Assembly: GCF_030028105.1 (NCBI RefSeq)
Contig: NC_092373.1
Location: forward strand, 95,992,062-96,056,061
Reading direction: 5' to 3'
DNA length: 64,000 bases
Source of the DNA: Mobula birostris
Taxonomy: Eukaryota
Shown: positions 63,135-64,000 of the stretch, piece by piece
Position numbering within the stretch: the first letter of the stretch is position 1
How the letters are laid out: each line of letters starts with the position of its first letter
Notes under the pieces: generated by a model
What the model was told of the DNA's origin: nothing
Databases searched by the model: none
Seen by the model: the letters and a program-made list of their open reading frames with translations, nothing else
Position numbers and translations under genes: made by a program

Positions 63135-63880
63135 TGTTGTTTTGCAGCAGCAGTACAGTGTAAGGACATAAAATTACTATAAATTACAAAATAAAAGTAT
63201 ACAAGAAAATACCAAGAGAATGTTCATGGGTTCAGAACTCTGATGGTGAAAGGGAAGAAGCTGTTCTTGAATTACTGAGTATAGGTCTTGGGCTCTTGTA
63301 CTGCCTACTGCTTCCCAATGGTAGTAATGAGAAGAGGGAATGTTTACGACAATGAGTGTCCTTGCTGATGGATGCCACCTACTTGAGGCACCGCTTCTTG
63401 ATGTCCTTAATATGGGGAGGGTTGTTCCCATGATGGAGCTAGCTGGATCCATAACCCTCTGAAGACTTTTTTGCTCCTGTCCATTGGAGGCTCCATACCA
63501 GGCTGTGATGCAACCAGTCCGAATATTCTCCGTGTATATCTGTAGAAATTTGTACGACCCTTTGACGTATCAAATCTCTTCTAACTTAATGAAGTGGAGC
63601 TTCTGTTATGCCGTGATTGGATCAATGTGTTGAGCCCAGGATTGATCCTTCGAGATGCTGACACCCAAGAACTTGAAGCTGCTCACTCAGTGAGGACTGA
63701 TGCATGATCCCCTGACTATCTTTCTTGAAGTCCACAATCAGTTCCTTGTTCTTGCTGATATGTGAAGTTGTTGTTACGACATCACTCAACTGGCTGATCT
63801 CACTCCTCATTGCCCTCTGAGATTTTACCAACCGTGGTGTCTTCTGTGAATTTAGATGGCACTTGAGCTGTGCTTATCCA
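63135..63880 (-). mobile_element. Degenerate Rex1/Babar-type LINE 3' fragment
   Basis: ORF 63622..63831 ISKNKELIVDFKK; homologous to 43000-43750. Confidence 0.7.
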
Positions 63881-64000
63881 TGAATGAATGTAAATCACAC
63901 TAAAGTTGTGTCATGGTAGTTGGTAACCAGGAAAGGAGATGCACTAAAAACTGTGGTGATATTAAGGACTTTTAAGAAGAAAGCTTCATCTGACTCATGA

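Noticed and set aside
103-63831. The many 60-130 aa ORFs in the supplied track
   Set aside because: Mostly non-ATG starts, antisense to TE ORFs or low complexity, with no domain signal apart from those used as evidence above
61344-64000. Next canonical FARP2 exon leading to the DH domain
   Set aside because: No recognisable coding match or good phase-1 exon seen by eye; it probably lies beyond the window

Overview
Eukaryotic, repeat-rich vertebrate DNA. The repeat set (HE1-type V-SINEs, CR1/HER1 LINEs, Rex1/Babar, Penelope) suggests a cartilaginous fish, probably a ray; this is an inference. The whole window lies inside one + strand gene, FARP2. Ten GT-AG exons (105/43/79/98/115/148/96/164/69/58 nt, 975 nt in total) splice in frame into the FERM and FERM-adjacent domains. 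The next exon (acceptor at 60087) stays open for 418 codons to a stop at 61343, suggesting an alternative terminal exon and a FERM-only isoform without the DH-PH GEF module. The introns hold CR1, Rex1/Babar, L1, Penelope, Tc1, Tigger-like, hAT, LTR and SINE copies. The most notable hidden signal is a dispersed family of short Penelope-derived repeats carrying a minimal type I hammerhead ribozyme (AGTC-CTGA(C/T)GA-AGGGTCTCGGCCC-GAAAC-GTC-GACT, palindromic helix III). About ten copies are present. Several are 108-358 bp insertions with their own target-site duplications, and two core-intact sense copies bracket two FARP2 exons. Most ORFs in the supplied track are spurious or transposon debris.
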